Positions 1 through 14,295 of a stretch of 64,000 nt of DNA are shown here, piece after piece. The position numbers were made by a program, and so were the translations under genes. The DNA is from Podarcis liolepis. Its lineage: Eukaryota. The notes under the pieces were generated by a model. It searched no databases. It worked only from the letters and a program-made list of their open reading frames with translations, and had not been told where the DNA came from. Position 1 is the stretch's first letter. Each line of letters begins with the position of its first letter. The DNA lies in assembly GCA_965112155.1 (NCBI GenBank), contig OZ218098.1. The stretch is one strand, 5' to 3'.

Positions 1-135
1 ATTTATTACATTTATTTAAATCCCACCTTGCTCCCAAGGAGCTCAGTGTAACACACATGGTTCTTCCTCTCCCTATTATATCCTCACTGCTAGCACCCAT
101 GTGATGTAGGTTAGACTTGGAGATCATGATTGGCA
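1..135 (-). mobile_element. Degenerate Squam3/MIR-like SINE 3' part
   Basis: (TTTA)n tail plus cccatgtgatgtaggttagact core. Confidence 0.5.
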
Positions 136-3100
136 CTCTTACACTCACCTGTGGAAAAGGCAGCTGCTTGCTTCAGGGAAGGAGGTAATCTGCATGAAAA
201 GTAACAAGCCAAGAACCAGAAAGAGAGAGCAGCAAAGTCCTTTCTTTGAGCTGATACCCTGTCCGTCATCTAGAAGAGAGGCTTACAATACAGCACACAC
301 TGCAGGATATATGGTTATATAAAAAAACAAAACAAAACAAAATCATGCACCTATTATAAAAACAGCAACACTAAGGCCCAACTCTAACCAGCATCACTAT
401 CAGCAGGCCTGGACAAATTAATAGGAAACCATTAGACTGATGAAGTGCTAGGTCTGCAACAAGGGTGTGGCAGGCTCGATGAGCCCCTCTCAAGCTAGCA
501 GCCTATTAAAGCTGTGGGGAATTTGGGCCTCAGCGGTTTCTTATAGGACTTACCCTCCCTTTCACTCTGTTAGCTAATCATGGTACATAGATGACTTCAC
601 GGGCTTTCTTACTCAATCCTGCAGAATCTGAAGAGTGTAAAGATGATGGTATTGCAAGGGCTATTTGTATCTTGTGGTTGATCCTGCATACTGTCTGCTG
701 GTTTTCCTTTGAATATCCCTGTTGCTTACCAGTTGAGGCCATGCTTGCATAAAACATTTCTCCAGTTCTATTTATATAGCCTTATTTCTTTACCAGCTAG
801 GCAAAATAATAATTCTGTAGAAGTTGACCCCAGTAATTCTAACTGCAGCTGGTTGAGATTGCAGAGGCAATCCTGTTTCCTTAAAGTGTTTATGTAAACA
901 ACCCCATTGAAAGGACCAGCAAACATTCAAAGCGTCTATGTCAGCCTTGTATCCTAACAACTTGCCTTGTGACCATAGGCAACAAGGAATTCCATGCGGC
1001 TAATTAGTTGTCTGGCTAAGGAGGGATGGATTGCTCTGTCCAGGCGCCACCAACCCACTTCATTTCTGTTCTCACCACTGGGGAAGAGGCTTTTATTCCT
1101 CTGAGCAGCAGAACAACACAGCCTACTAGCTTTTTAGCAGGCTAGTGGTTTTACTTTACAGGCTATTAACTCCAGTGGACTTAGTTACAAGGCTGTCTTA
1201 GTATGTCAATGATCAGGTAGCTTAAAGAGTAGACTATGTGTTGCATATAAATGCTCTAGAAGCATATTTACCATCACAAATTTATTCCTGGAACCCCACA
1301 GAGAGGGAAAGCAGCTCAATTGGTGAGTTGGAAAGAAGAAAAAAAATAGTTGATAATGAAAGAGTAAACCCACCCTGTTGGATCTCTGCACAAGACTTTC
1401 TCCATCTGAAGTTGCTTTTCCTTACAAAAAAAGAGCATCAGGGTTCATTATGTGCATTTTCATATTACTTCGTTCCTATGGTAATGAGCCAGAGCATGAT
1501 CCTTTAGAAAGGATTGCTAGACTAGGGTGTGAGCAAAAAGTAGTGTCTGAACTGTATGTTTTGGTCATGTGCTGTTGAACGCACACGACTCAAATATTGC
1601 CAGAATTCTGACATGCACGCTTATTTGAGAAGTAGAAGGAAATGTGTTTCATTTGGCAGAACCATTCTGAGAGTGCATTAACTAAATCCAGCAAATACGT
1701 TTGACTCTTTCCTTCTCCTAGTGAAGCAGAACTCTCCCTACCCCCGCGGTTAACTTTCAGAATTTATTGAGGAAAATACTTAATTGTTGCAGCAGCTTTG
1801 TTCTGCAACAACACCTTCTGAATAAACCTTTAAAGCTGCAAGTCTAACCACATGTTCCCCTGAATAAGCCCTGTGGATAAACCGTAGAATTCACTTTGGA
1901 ATTAATACGGAGGATTGTGCTGTAAGTAATGTGTCGCACCCAAGAAGTTGTCTTTATTTCGCTTATGCTCTACTCCTCAAAGAGCAAATTGCATGTGGTT
2001 CCTGGGCAGCCTCCCAGTTTACTGCTTAGTTTCAGCTGCATCATGAGTTTTAAGACTATTCTCTGTTTAGTGTTGAGTAACGATCATGTTGAGTAATGAT
2101 CATGTACTGTTGTCTCAGGTAATGGATGGGGATGTGCTGCCTTGATTTCATCCCTGGATGAATGGAAAATCTCAGGATCTTTCCCACTCTACAGTGCTGA
2201 TAGAGCTTGCATGTGTTTGGTGCTTATCCACATTCCATCTGTGCTGCATATGAGTTGGGCGCTGTGTACACAATTCACATTCCATAATGCATAGCCTTCA
2301 TTAATGGATGTGGGCATTCAGCAAGAATATCTGAACATCCAGTTCCTTGTTGCATGCACAATCCTCATCCAACAAAGAAATCTGTTCTGGAAAGCCTGCT
2401 TCTATGTGTGGATCTCATTAGTAGATTGCAATTTTAAATAGTCTTACTGAAGTAAATTCTGTTATAACAGTGGGGTCAGTTCACATATAACAAACAAACC
2501 ATTGTTTGGTGTTGGAGATGGAGCCTCAAGCTCATACGTTGTTATTATTTATTGAATTTGTTAGTCACTTTATCTTGCCCAAGGCAACTCAAACCGATTT
2601 ATAGCCCAACTTTCCCAATAGATACATAAAAAGCAAGCGGATGATTAAAATTTTAAATATTCCACCCACTTCTAAAAGGCCACAGTTAATTAGAGACCCC
2701 ATGGAATCTTCTTTTTTAGTTACTTCCTGTTAGGAGTGTGCACCAACCATAATATTTGGTTTGAATCCCAAAGCTTGGCACTTTATAAAACAACTCAGTT
2801 TGGCTCAGGAGAGTGAATCAGTTCCATTTGCCCCCCACCCTTCCAAGATTGGGAATTCAAATGGCTCTAATTTGTCCCCCTTTTGATAGAAGTAGGTGAA
2901 CTTTGCAGTCATAGCAACTCATCCATAGTAGACTAGCACATCCAGGGGCTTTTGTACTGGACACCTCCTCCCAGACATCCCACTTGGCTTCACCATTTTT
3001 CTGAAACTGATGCACACCCCTATATCCTGTGAAACCTTTGCCACAAACTATGAAATAACTAAGTGATTGTGTGTGTGATTTGGAGAGTGGGCAATCAGAC

Positions 3101-6100
3101 CTTGCTCTTGTATGTCTTAACTTCTTCCATGTAAACATACTTAAGACTGGGTGGGGGGTAGGAAATCAAAGGATGAAACAGCCTTATCTTTTGAGGCCCT
3201 GAAATAATAATATCCTTTGAGGCCTTCTCCTCCTTCTCCTTGGTTGCAGGTGCAGTGGTATTAAACTGATTTTTTTTATTTGTTCTCCATAATTAGTTTC
3301 TTCATAGCATCTTGAAAAGGTGCTGTTTTGAATTGTTTCAAATATTTTCAAGGTCTGAAATAGAGATACTAAACTAGTTCTTCCTGTTGCTTTACTTTCT
3401 CTTCCTCCATCTGCAATGCCTGCTGGTTGGTTATCTGCTTTTGTCACATTTGGTTTCTGGGGAAATACGCCTGCTCTTGACCTGTACAAGATAAATTATA
3501 TAGTAATGTTAACTTGTTAGAGCATCTGTGTAATAAAAATGAATAGGCTTGAAAAGGAGGTGAATAAGCTAGGAAAGAAAGAGGCATATTAGCATGTTCA
3601 GCATTATGCAGCAAATAGGCTTCTGAAAGATAAGGCGTTTATTTCTGTCATTGAACTCTTGAAAGAAAAAGGGCACACTCCGCGGAGGCACATTTACTGA
3701 TCATTGCATGTTCTGGAGAGATTTTCAGTATTTTACAGAATAGTGGGAAATTTCCATGTCATCGCTGTATGAGATCAGAGAGTTGGTGGCTTTGTTTTTC
3801 ACACAGCATGATTTAAAATGGCATATTTTATTGCACCAGCTAGTTATTCAAAATGGTTTGCAAGCAAAATATTCTTCATCAAGCAGTTGGAGAGAAAAAA
3901 ATAGAAATGAAGGAGATATGCTTAGGTTGATGATCCAGTGGCCGAGGCTGATGTTGCTTCTGACTGCCTCATTTATTCTTCAGTTACATAACAGGCAGTG
4001 ATAAAATTTACAATCTCTTCAAAACCTACAGTATGTCTTTGTCAAACACAAATGGCCTGAAGTGCAGAGCCTAAAAAGTCAACTTTAAGTGACTATTGTA
4101 ACTAATCAAGAACATAACGGCCTGGAAACTAAGGAAATATAGTCCCATGCTTCGAAACGTTTGTGTTCTGATTAGAATTTTGGAGTGGCATGGGGAGGAA
4201 GCTAAATTCTTCTGTTCAAGTGAAGAACCTATATTCTCCGTAGGAGAGAACAATGTAGTGGTTCTCAGGTTTGGGAATACAAACTCATGATTCTGACTTC
4301 TGATAATGTTTTTATAACTATCTTGTTCAAAGCCCTTCAGAGAACATCCCTGTTTGCAGTTCACACCATGATAACTTTCTTGGCTGCAATGCCACCCACA
4401 TAATGCAGTGGCATCATGACATACAGCGTGAGCAAGGCTCACTGCTAAAAATGGACAGAGCTACATCAAAAAGCACAGTATACTTAGCTGGAAATTCATA
4501 TGATACAGTGCAATTCTCCATGGCATAGTGTGGGCAGATAAAGTGGAGCTGTCCTGTTTGCTACGTCTGAGTAACTATTCCCCCTACCATAAATGACTTA
4601 ATGCATTTGAGAGGTAGGTGCTTTTTTTTTTTTTTAATGAAAGCTTAAATTCAGAAAAAAGAGCAAAATGCACCCTGTCATTGATGTTTGCTTGACAGCT
4701 TGAATAACGATAAAGCAAAAGAGGCCAATCTTTTAATTTCGCCTTTATTAAACTGCAGCAAGATCCCCAGGGATTCTCAGAAATTGCAGTTATAAAATAT
4801 GCTTTTGACGTGAGTGTACAGCCTCCAGAGTACAGGCCTATTTTGAAACTGGTCAATACTTAGGAGCCTGGACATCGCCCTCTCTGAGCAGCCACTGTGT
4901 CAGGACTGTGATGTGAAAATGCAGCACCCGGCTGGAGGAAGCAGCCTGTCTTAGTTTCCTCCTTGTCTTCTGCGTGTTCAGTGGAAGACAGTTCATAATT
5001 GAGGAGGTGGAAAATGCAGCAATTATGGCAGATAGAGTGGTGAACGATACGCCCCAATGTTCCTATCTAAGGCATTACCTAAGCCATTAAATAATTTGTA
5101 GTAGATCCCTAAACTTTTAAAAAACTTTATTCCCAAGAAAACACTGGTTAAAAAAGAGTAATCATTCTACTGTTATAATTTTTTAAGTACAGTATGTGGG
5201 AAATTATTGAGAAACCTCTTCACTGTCTGATATAATACTAGTGAAATTTGACAGATTTCCACCTACGAACATGAGGGAACTGTGATGTGGTTGCTAATAT
5301 TTTTAGGCAACATTGGTAGATATTTTGGATGTCAGTAAAATGTTAGTTTCGCTAATAAAGGTTTGGGGCATCTTTCCAATCCCGCCTTTGTGGAAAGTCT
5401 TGCCATAGCAGTATCTGTTGTGGCAAGACTTGTTTACTTTTTATATTCTTCTATGTACTTGCTTTCTGATAGCTAGTAGGTATTAGTTTTCTCTCTGCTT
5501 CATAGCTTGGTATTGTATTCCGAAACTGTATTTCACAGAAACCGCAGTGCACATGAATGTGTAGCTGAAATGGTTGCATTGACTACTTTTAGTCTCTGCC
5601 AATGCACTAACACTACACAGGCAAGTTGTTGCATCTGGCTCTTCCAACCACAAAAGTAAAATAAATCACAATGCAGAATGTCAGAGTTTGAACATATTAG
5701 ATCACTCTATAACATTATATGTGTTTCTGTTGTGGACTAGGTGGCAATGAGATAAATCTAGCAAATTATATTCTGTTTGACTAAGAAGTATAGCATGGAC
5801 TATACTTTAAAAGTTAAACGTGTGGCTAGACAAATGGTGGCCTAGTGAATAAATCTAGTTTCTAAAGGTTTTCTGCCTGGCTCCTTGCACAGCCCCTGAT
5901 CACCAGGATGTCTCAGACAGGACCATGTGCTCTTATGGTGTAGTCAGCCATTTTCTTCCTGGGTGAGGCACATGTCTTCTACACTACAAACAGAATAAAC
6001 TTGGGCAGACCTCTTTATCTCATTGTGCACCTAAACTGTTTACTCCTGCGTACAAGCCAAAGCACAAAGAAATAGCAGTGAGCAGTGAAGGTGCATACAA

Positions 6101-9100
6101 GGTGCATAGAGTGCCAAAGTTTCTGACGCAGATTGTGCTGGAGAAGAGGATGCTGAAGAGCGCATTCACTTTAATTTTGGTCATGTAGGTCCAAGCAGAG
6201 CCCACACTGCAGGCCTTTCAGCCATTGCTCAACTGAAAATATGGCTTCTGAAAATTAGTTGCTGAACAGAGAATTAATGGCTTTGCTTGAGTGCAGCATA
6301 TAAAATAAGGCTGGGAAGAATTAATAGTTTCTGAAGGATCTAGGACATAATATGGAACACAAGGTTCTCCAAGCAATTCCATAAATTGCTCTAAAGCTCA
6401 AACACAGTCTTAATGCAGGTTGGAAACAATTGTGCATAAACCCTAGAGCTAATGTCATACATTAGAAAAATGCTGTGTTTTACACAGTGGTTTAATGGGT
6501 ATTACTAAATTGCTCATGTATTTTTAGGACATTACAGTTCATGATAACACATGACTGAAGGAGATCCAGAGTTCATCAAGTTAGCCTGGCGCCAGGAGCT
6601 GTCACTGCTGCTGCTGCTGCTGTGGGATCGACTGGGCTCTGGCTTCTGATGGGCTGGTGGAAGCCTTGTGCATGAAATGAATGGAAATGTAATAGCATGT
6701 CTGCAGAGTGTGGTTTGGATCCCTCTGTGCATAGTTTTCTGGGAGTAAGTCCCCCTAAAAGTGAGACTTGCTTCCAAGTAAATGTATATAGGATTGAAGT
6801 GTGTGCTGTGATACCTAATCGCTCTGTCTCCCTCTTTCTCACATACACGGGCAGATGCGTTCACACACACTTCAAGTCATGATGTGCAAGCAGTGCCCAC
6901 CGTGCTAAAGGTGTGTGTCGAATAGATAGTGCCAGATTGTTAAAGTAAGTGAATGTTTGAAGTCAGAAGAGAAGGCCTTCAGGGTCACTGGATAGTTTGA
7001 GCAACTGACCCCAGATATTTTGATTAGTTATTCACGTGAATTGGTATGTGAGGGCTTACTATCTTTGTCCCTGCAGCAACCACCACTCCTCCTTATAGCA
7101 TCCAACACAATACATGGCATCCTATTGCGTTGCTCATCTTCTGGTCTTTGCCTCACAGCATTGGCAGATGGGTTAGCATAGTGATATTTTGTGTGATGCA
7201 TTTTATGTGTTGGATGATGCTACGAGAGAGAGTGACAGCAGTGGCAGCTGTAGCCCTCTTATAAGGTCTAGCCTGGCTTTCAGCTGTGCAGCATGTACAG
7301 CTTACGCAACTACACACAACTTTCAAATGACAATGCTGTTCTTTTAGAATTTACGGTACCTGAGGCAAGAAGTCTTTGGCTGCACAGCTAAAAATAGCAA
7401 TACTGCTTGATGTTCTTGGGTGCTCACTGCTGCTGCTAATTAAAATGTTCACATTATTGTGGCCTGATTCTGTAAGCGGAGCATAGAGATCAGGTATGAA
7501 AGCTGACCCTTTAGAAAATCCTTTGGAAAGCAATCTCTGTGTTTTGCATATTGGCAATAAATGATGCACTCAAAATATTGACGTATTTGGGGCATGAACT
7601 TTGCTGTATGTGACTAGTCTTCGGATCTCTACGCAATACATTATGACAACTCTGAGTAGCTACCAATTGAGTGGCACCCTGCCAAACTTAGGTTTGAACT
7701 GACATATAGTTAATTTTCTACAGAGAGTGCTTATGTTTCAGGTTGAATTTATGATCAAAAGTCAATATTTAAATTCAGGGCTGTAGCTAACCACTCATCT
7801 AGTAGTCACTTAATGGGAATATGAGTTGCTACAACCAGACAAGCAAGCTTTTGTTAATTGGAAGAAACCTGGCTCTCCTTTACTGCTTTTTAGACCACTA
7901 TTGAGTGGGTAGCAGGGGCTACTTGCAGTAGATGGTTTTTAATAGACCAGCCTTCACCCACCTGATGTCCTCCAAACGTCATAGTGCAAAACATCTGGAG
8001 GGAGCCAGGTTAGTGTATGCTTCTTCAGACTTGTTTATACAACAGTTTTCTTTTTAATACTGTACATCTATGGGAGCAAAAGTGAGCAAATTGTTTTACT
8101 TGGCTGCCTACAGAACACCAAAACAGAGGAGGCTGGAGCAGAATTGAGAATTTAGAATAATATGGGAGGCAAAAGTGTACACGCTGAAATATTTAAACAT
8201 GATTTTCAGTGAAGCATTAGTATAGGTAATAAATTAAAGGCTGTATGTATTGAACTATAAACTCGTCTCCAAATAAGCTGTGTATGTACCTTTAAGTATG
8301 ATGGCCTTGGAAACAGCTGTTATTAGTCATCTTCACTGAAAATAATCTAGGGAATGGCTGCTGTTTGCTGCCTTTTACTTTGTCCTCTGTGAAGATCTGG
8401 CAAGTTATCTAATCTGTACCTGGGAGAATCCAAGAGCTTCTAAGTAAATATTAGGCAGGGCATCGTGTTTATGCCTGAGCCATGCAATATAGAATTTACC
8501 AAAAATGTCGCAACTCTGCTAAAAACATAACCACATAACCTGGAGAGTGATGCAGTCTGTGAAGGCGGGCTAGAAGGAAATCTGGTTAGATGGCTTTTCC
8601 ATTCCATCCTTTATATTCAAGCATTTTATTCTTAGGTGGAAAAAAGCCAAGAAAATAAGGAGGTTCATGCAAAGAAAGCTCATCTACATCATAGCTTCTA
8701 TACAGTCTCTGTCACTAGCATGGCAAGTCCCAAATAGCTGCACCCAGTGACCCTAGGTACAGGAGATTTCATTCTGGTATATATTTTGCAAGCCCCTCTA
8801 CAATGTTACGTCCACTTGTATTAATACCAGACATATAACCATTTCCTTACCACTGTCTATATTCATGAGGATTATTTCTAGTATACTGTGATTCAGAAAA
8901 AAGATTCACTATATTGCGACGGAATTATGTTGGGTTCTTTTCTAGTTTTGAACAAATTTAAATGTATTGTAAAGCTATTTAGCTTGGTCATTCAAATGTA
9001 CCTTGGTTAGAAGGGCCAACTAGTTTCTAGATTTCATGTGCTGGAAGGCTGTAGTGTTACCGTGTGGATTGCGGCTCATATAACACAAAAGCTTGAGCTA

Positions 9101-9158
9101 TTTTCAAATGCTCCTCTAATGCAAAGCCTCTGACTTGACACTTTCTCCTTCCAAATAG

Positions 9159-9269
9159 GAATCTTCAGAAATTGAGTCTCTTTGGTGATATAAGCATTCT
9201 CCAACAACATGGAAGTATATCAAATACGCACCTCAGCAAAGTGGATCCAGATGGAAAAAAGATTAAGCA
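9159..9269 (+). CDS. FBXO33: F-box only protein 33, exon 2 (111 bp)
   Basis: Acceptor ccaaatag| and donor CA|gtaagt. Encodes NLQKLSLFGDISILQQHGSISNTHLSKVDPDGKKIKQ, matching remembered human FBXO33; the phase joins exon 3. Confidence 0.93.
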
Positions 9270-10870
9270 GTAAGTTGTCCAAAATATATTGTTATAGTAT
9301 TGCAGTTTAATGAAATGGGAGGTGTGTGTTGTAAATGTGCTGTTTTAGAATATAATCCATTGTCTTCTCTGATGATTTAGTACTGAAAATAATGTCTCAT
9401 GGTTTCACCGTGTCTATCGTTCTTTGTTGTTGCAATTTCCTTTGCAAATTGGACATCTTTTCTCAGAATATGATTACTCTAAAAACAAGCCATTTGCAGT
9501 AGTTGGCAGATTTTCTCCTACAAAATTCACATTCTAGGATAAATCATTTTAAGCAAAGCAGGAAGGGGTGCCAGGGACTGCTATAGCAGTATCTTCATCC
9601 AGCAATTCTCAGTATAAACTTTATGCTATCCATGTCACATTGCTAAAAGCAGGTGCATTCTGCAAAAAACTGAGCAACTTTCATACTGCTTCAGACACAA
9701 TTAACCTGACTATTCTCACAATTAACTTCAGGAGTAAAATATGAGACGTGTGGGGACTGTGTACACTGGCCTCAGCTCCTTGGTGGAAGGGTGGGATTAG
9801 AATGCTCATCATTATCAGAGTTGTGCTTGCTAATTAGAAGAAAGGTTTCTGGTGGTACAGTTAACTCACATCTTACATGAGGGATCCACACATTTATGCA
9901 AAAATGCATAAAGCCAGCAACACTTCGGAACACCCCCCCCCCGGCAAGATGGAGGGCTGTCTGCCCAGCTTGGGGAAGACAGTGGCAAGGCTCTGGGATG
10001 CTGCCAGAGCTGCTGTTCCAAAACCAGCAATCACAGCTTTGCACAGGTGGGTGGGGGGAAATAAATGAATGGAGAATGGGTTTCCTCCGCTCTCCAGTTA
10101 GATATTTATTTTCCCCGCCAACCAAAGCTGCAATTGCATAAGTAAAATAAGCGTAATATGCAAGTTACTTCCTACCCCCCATTATTTTAATCAGCCAGCA
10201 TAAATAGGTTACATACAGATGTCCATCACTCTGAATCTGGTACCAAGTCATGACTCGCATGTGAGAAATGGTTATCGTGGAACAAGCATCACGGATAGAG
10301 CTTTCATATAATCAAATATCACTTCCACCATTTGGCTTCAAATCAAGTGTCAATGATGTACAAGCATATACAGTATTAGCCAGTCCTGATTTTCCCTTTG
10401 GAGTATCATTTGAATGAGATACACAAAGTGCTGATACAGTGAGTAGATACAAGCACTATTGAACCCACCACACTGTGCTCTCTTGGACTTCTAGCCATTG
10501 GTAGCTACCCTACACATATGCTAGTTACAAAATGTGGGGAAGAGAATCAAAACAAGTTAGCATGCACAGTTCCAAAAGGGCAAAATGAATTTTCTTTTAT
10601 ATTTGTTTAAAACAAAAAGGAAGACAACAGAACTTTAAAAAGCAAGTGCAATTCTGCTGCTGGAACTTTAGACTTATTTTTAAATGGTGTGTTCTTTCTT
10701 TCCTTCACTACCACCCCACCCACCCCTGCTACTGCCAGTGTGTTTCTAATGCAACACCGTTTGCATTAAAGGTGTAAAGCGTTGTTGCTTCCTTGTCTAT
10801 TGAACTTGGCTCAGAATTAAAAAAATAAACTATAAAAGATTAAGACAGTTACTTCTGTTTCTTCTTGCAG

Positions 10871-11556
10871 AATACAGCAGCTGTTTGAAGAAATATTGGG
10901 TAACAGCAGGCAACTGAAATGGCTGTCATGCGGGTTTATGCTACAAATCGTAACACCCACATCATTGTCATCTCTCTCAAATCCTATTGCCAACACTATG
11001 GAACACCTGAGTTTACTGGACAACCACATCCCTGGTAATACCACTCTTATCACTGCGGTTGAATTGGAGCGTTTTGTCAGTCTTCGCTCACTCGCCTTGG
11101 ATTTCTGTGATTTTACAGCAGAAATGGCAAGAGTCCTGGCTGATAGTAACCATGTGCCTTTGCATCGACTGTCTCTTCTGGTCCACAATATTTCCGTAAT
11201 GCACAAGTCCCTGGAAAATATGCCAGAAGACGAAGACTGGAAGGCACTGACACGCAACAGCACTAATCTTCGGGTCTATATAATGGCTTTTGATATCAAG
11301 AGCGATGACATGCTAAGGATTCTTAAACCCAGTATCCCACTGGAGAGGATTCACTTCGACAGCTACATCACTTGCGTTTCAGGAGCTGTTGTTGATCTCA
11401 TATCTAGGCAGTATGATAAGTTCCTCACTCATTTCATACTAATGAATGATGTGATAGATATGTCTGGCTTCCCAGATCTCAGCGACAACCGAACCGAAGA
11501 CCCATTGGTTTTACTGGCCTGGAGGTGCACAAGGCTCTCTCTTCTGGCAGTGCATG
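10871..11556 (+). CDS. FBXO33: FBXO33 exon 3 (686 bp)
   Basis: Acceptor ttcttgcag| and donor G|gtaggc. Encodes IQQLFEEILGNSRQLKWLSCGFML...LLAWRCTRLSLLAVH (ORF 10896..11594). Confidence 0.96.
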
Positions 11557-12301
11557 GTAGGCAATTACATAGGGGCAAAACACTGCTCGTTTAGAAACCT
11601 ACACATTCATATGGGTATGGGTATGCCCTTGAGATTTCCCACCCAAGTATTTTTCTCCAAGTTTTGGGAGAATTCCCAAAGTGTTGGGTGTTGGGGCAGG
11701 GAATAAATTGTGCTTTGGCTTCAGGCTAGGATACGCTGTGCATATCAACATGATTATATGGTGGGAAACTGTTACTACCTTCAGAACACAAGACTCACAG
11801 TTGCCAAAAAACAACAACCCAACAACCCTTAATTGGTAGGGAAATAAGTTCCTGCACTGTTGGATTGTCCTTACTTTAGTCAGGCATTACTGGCTTCCCC
11901 GTCAAAGTTGTATTACACCCGACATATTTTACGATTATTGGCTCCTTTAACACAAGCCTTTATGCTACATACATATCATGCTGCAAAACTACCAAGAAAT
12001 ACCATGAGACATTTCCTTACTCATCTTCCCGGAATTATTGGGCAAGGAAAAACAGGCAGCTCCGCAAAAATTAAATACAAAAAGAAGCAGCAGCAATATT
12101 CACTTTTTTAATTAACTTAGTAAGTAAACTGACCAATTACTGGGTTGATTTCTTGAAAAGAACCTCATTAGGAAAATTGCTAAATAGGGAGACGTTAGCT
12201 GTGAGGCTGTAAAATATTAAATTACCTTTGGGGTAGGGTGGGGAGGGAGAGGGAAGAAAGACAAAGTCCTAAAAATTAGTAATTGCTTTTTTGTGTTTCA
12301 G

Positions 12302-12573
12302 GTTATACTGTTTGGGCTCACAACCTGATTGCCATTGCTCGTCTTCGTGGCTCTGATTTGAAAGTGCTTGAAGTCACAGAAGAAAGCATTGATTTTGACC
12401 AAGGTGAATTGGCCGATCAAGATGTGGATCCGGTGCACAATCTCATTGAGCAGGTATCCCTTGGATTGGGCCGACCTTGGCACGCAGTCATGGACATAGA
12501 ATTACTCAGTGTCTTTACTGAGCCAACTCGTCATTTTTACAGAGAAATGCAAAGCTTCAGTGAAGGCATTTAG
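12302..12573 (+). CDS. FBXO33: FBXO33 terminal coding exon 4
   Basis: Acceptor tgtttcag|. Encodes GYTVWAHNLIAIARLRGSDLKV...REMQSFSEGI, with TAG at 12571-12573. Confidence 0.96.
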
Positions 12574-13488
12574 TTCCCTTTATTTACAGTTCCTGTGGTT
12601 ACATATGCAAGTAGGGTCCTATTATGTTTTTCAGTAGTGTGAATTAACCCCTCTTGTGCTGTGTTTAATCAGTATTAGCTATATAGAATTATATATGTAT
12701 ATTCTACTTCTTGATCAAAGAACGTAGTCGGGTATTGGTTTAGAAGCTGAAAGTGGCAACGTTTAGGGCTTTCACGGTTAATGGACTTGTCTACAAAAAA
12801 AAAAAAAAGCAAAACTCAGATGTGGCTGAAGGTTGTCTGAGGTTGCCGGCTAACTTTCTTTTTGTACTGAGTAACTCTGCAACTTCACTGATTTTACTAT
12901 TGTCGGAGTTTTTGTGCTCAGGAGCCAAAAATCTTTTTACTATCCATAGCCCAGTGGTTTTGAATGCAATCATTGTCATGTAAACTAGTAGCATGCTACT
13001 TAAAGCTTTTTTTTTTTTTAAAGAGAGAAAAATCAGGACTATCCAATACCATTTACTGTAAACCTTTGCTTTGATTTCATGTACAATATCTGGAGCATGA
13101 AATATTGCCACTCTGCAATCTCCTCCTTAAATATGAAGCAGTTGTCTCTTGCACAGTATAGCTTCTTCAGATGCTTACCTGACTCTGAAAGCTATCAATC
13201 GTAGTTTCATTGTAAATTAATTGTAGCTTCTTTTTCTTGTGGTCTGTCAGCTTCTCCGTACAAGTTAGCTTTGGGCCCAGATTTAAAAAGAAACGTCAAG
13301 TCTCTACACTCCGATGGGGTAAAACCATAATGATTTAAAGATATAAATTTAAGTCTACTTTGCTTGCAAACAAACATTAGTCGTGAAATCCCTAGCAACT
13401 AAGTCACTGGATTTTCTCTGTCAGCGCCTGTGTCAGCTGCCAAAGAATAGATTTAAAACGAAGAAGTGCCCACATGCTGGCAGGGGCA

Positions 13489-13656
13489 NNNNNNNNNNNN
13501 NNNNNNNNNNNNNNNNNNNNNNNNNNNNNNNNNNNNNNNNNNNNNNNNNNNNNNNNNNNNNNNNNNNNNNNNNNNNNNNNNNNNNNNNNNNNNNNNNNNN
13601 NNNNNNNNNNNNNNNNNNNNNNNNNNNNNNNNNNNNNNNNNNNNNNNNNNNNNNNN
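13489..13656. other. Assembly gap (168 N)
   Basis: Run of N. Confidence 0.99.
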
Positions 13657-13756
13657 TACAAACCTTGTTCTATCACAGGTATGAGCTGCTATGATGCATG
13701 AAGAACATTCCATGAAGTATGTTTTAAAATCTTGTTATATCTGAGAGGCTTTAAAA

Positions 13757-14128
13757 NNNNNNNNNNNNNNNNNNNNNNNNNNNNNNNNNNNNNNNNNNNN
13801 NNNNNNNNNNNNNNNNNNNNNNNNNNNNNNNNNNNNNNNNNNNNNNNNNNNNNNNNNNNNNNNNNNNNNNNNNNNNNNNNNNNNNNNNNNNNNNNNNNNN
13901 NNNNNNNNNNNNNNNNNNNNNNNNNNNNNNNNNNNNNNNNNNNNNNNNNNNNNNNNNNNNNNNNNNNNNNNNNNNNNNNNNNNNNNNNNNNNNNNNNNNN
14001 NNNNNNNNNNNNNNNNNNNNNNNNNNNNNNNNNNNNNNNNNNNNNNNNNNNNNNNNNNNNNNNNNNNNNNNNNNNNNNNNNNNNNNNNNNNNNNNNNNNN
14101 NNNNNNNNNNNNNNNNNNNNNNNNNNNN
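13757..14128. other. Assembly gap (372 N)
   Basis: Run of N. Confidence 0.99.
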
Positions 14129-14289
14129 GGCACAGTGTGTGTGAATGCCAGATGTGGTGAGATTTTATCTTATAAATGTGATCAGACTAAAGTAACTCCT
14201 GACAGAAATTGTAAGGAAACCAGCTGAGTGTTTGACTTGATGACTGATGTTGTATGGTTTATGTTAAATGTATATTCTTTTAATCAATG

Positions 14290-14295
14290 AATAAA
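14290..14295 (+). terminator. Polyadenylation signal AATAAA (FBXO33)
   Basis: atgAATAAAgcATTAAA followed by T-rich sequence. Confidence 0.65.

Noticed and set aside
3184-3489. 101-aa minus-strand ORF with an arginine run
   Set aside because: Non-ATG start, run derived from a CCTT/CT-rich tract, no recognisable homology.
13383-14160. ORFs full of X residues
   Set aside because: Artefacts of the two N gaps in the FBXO33 3'UTR.
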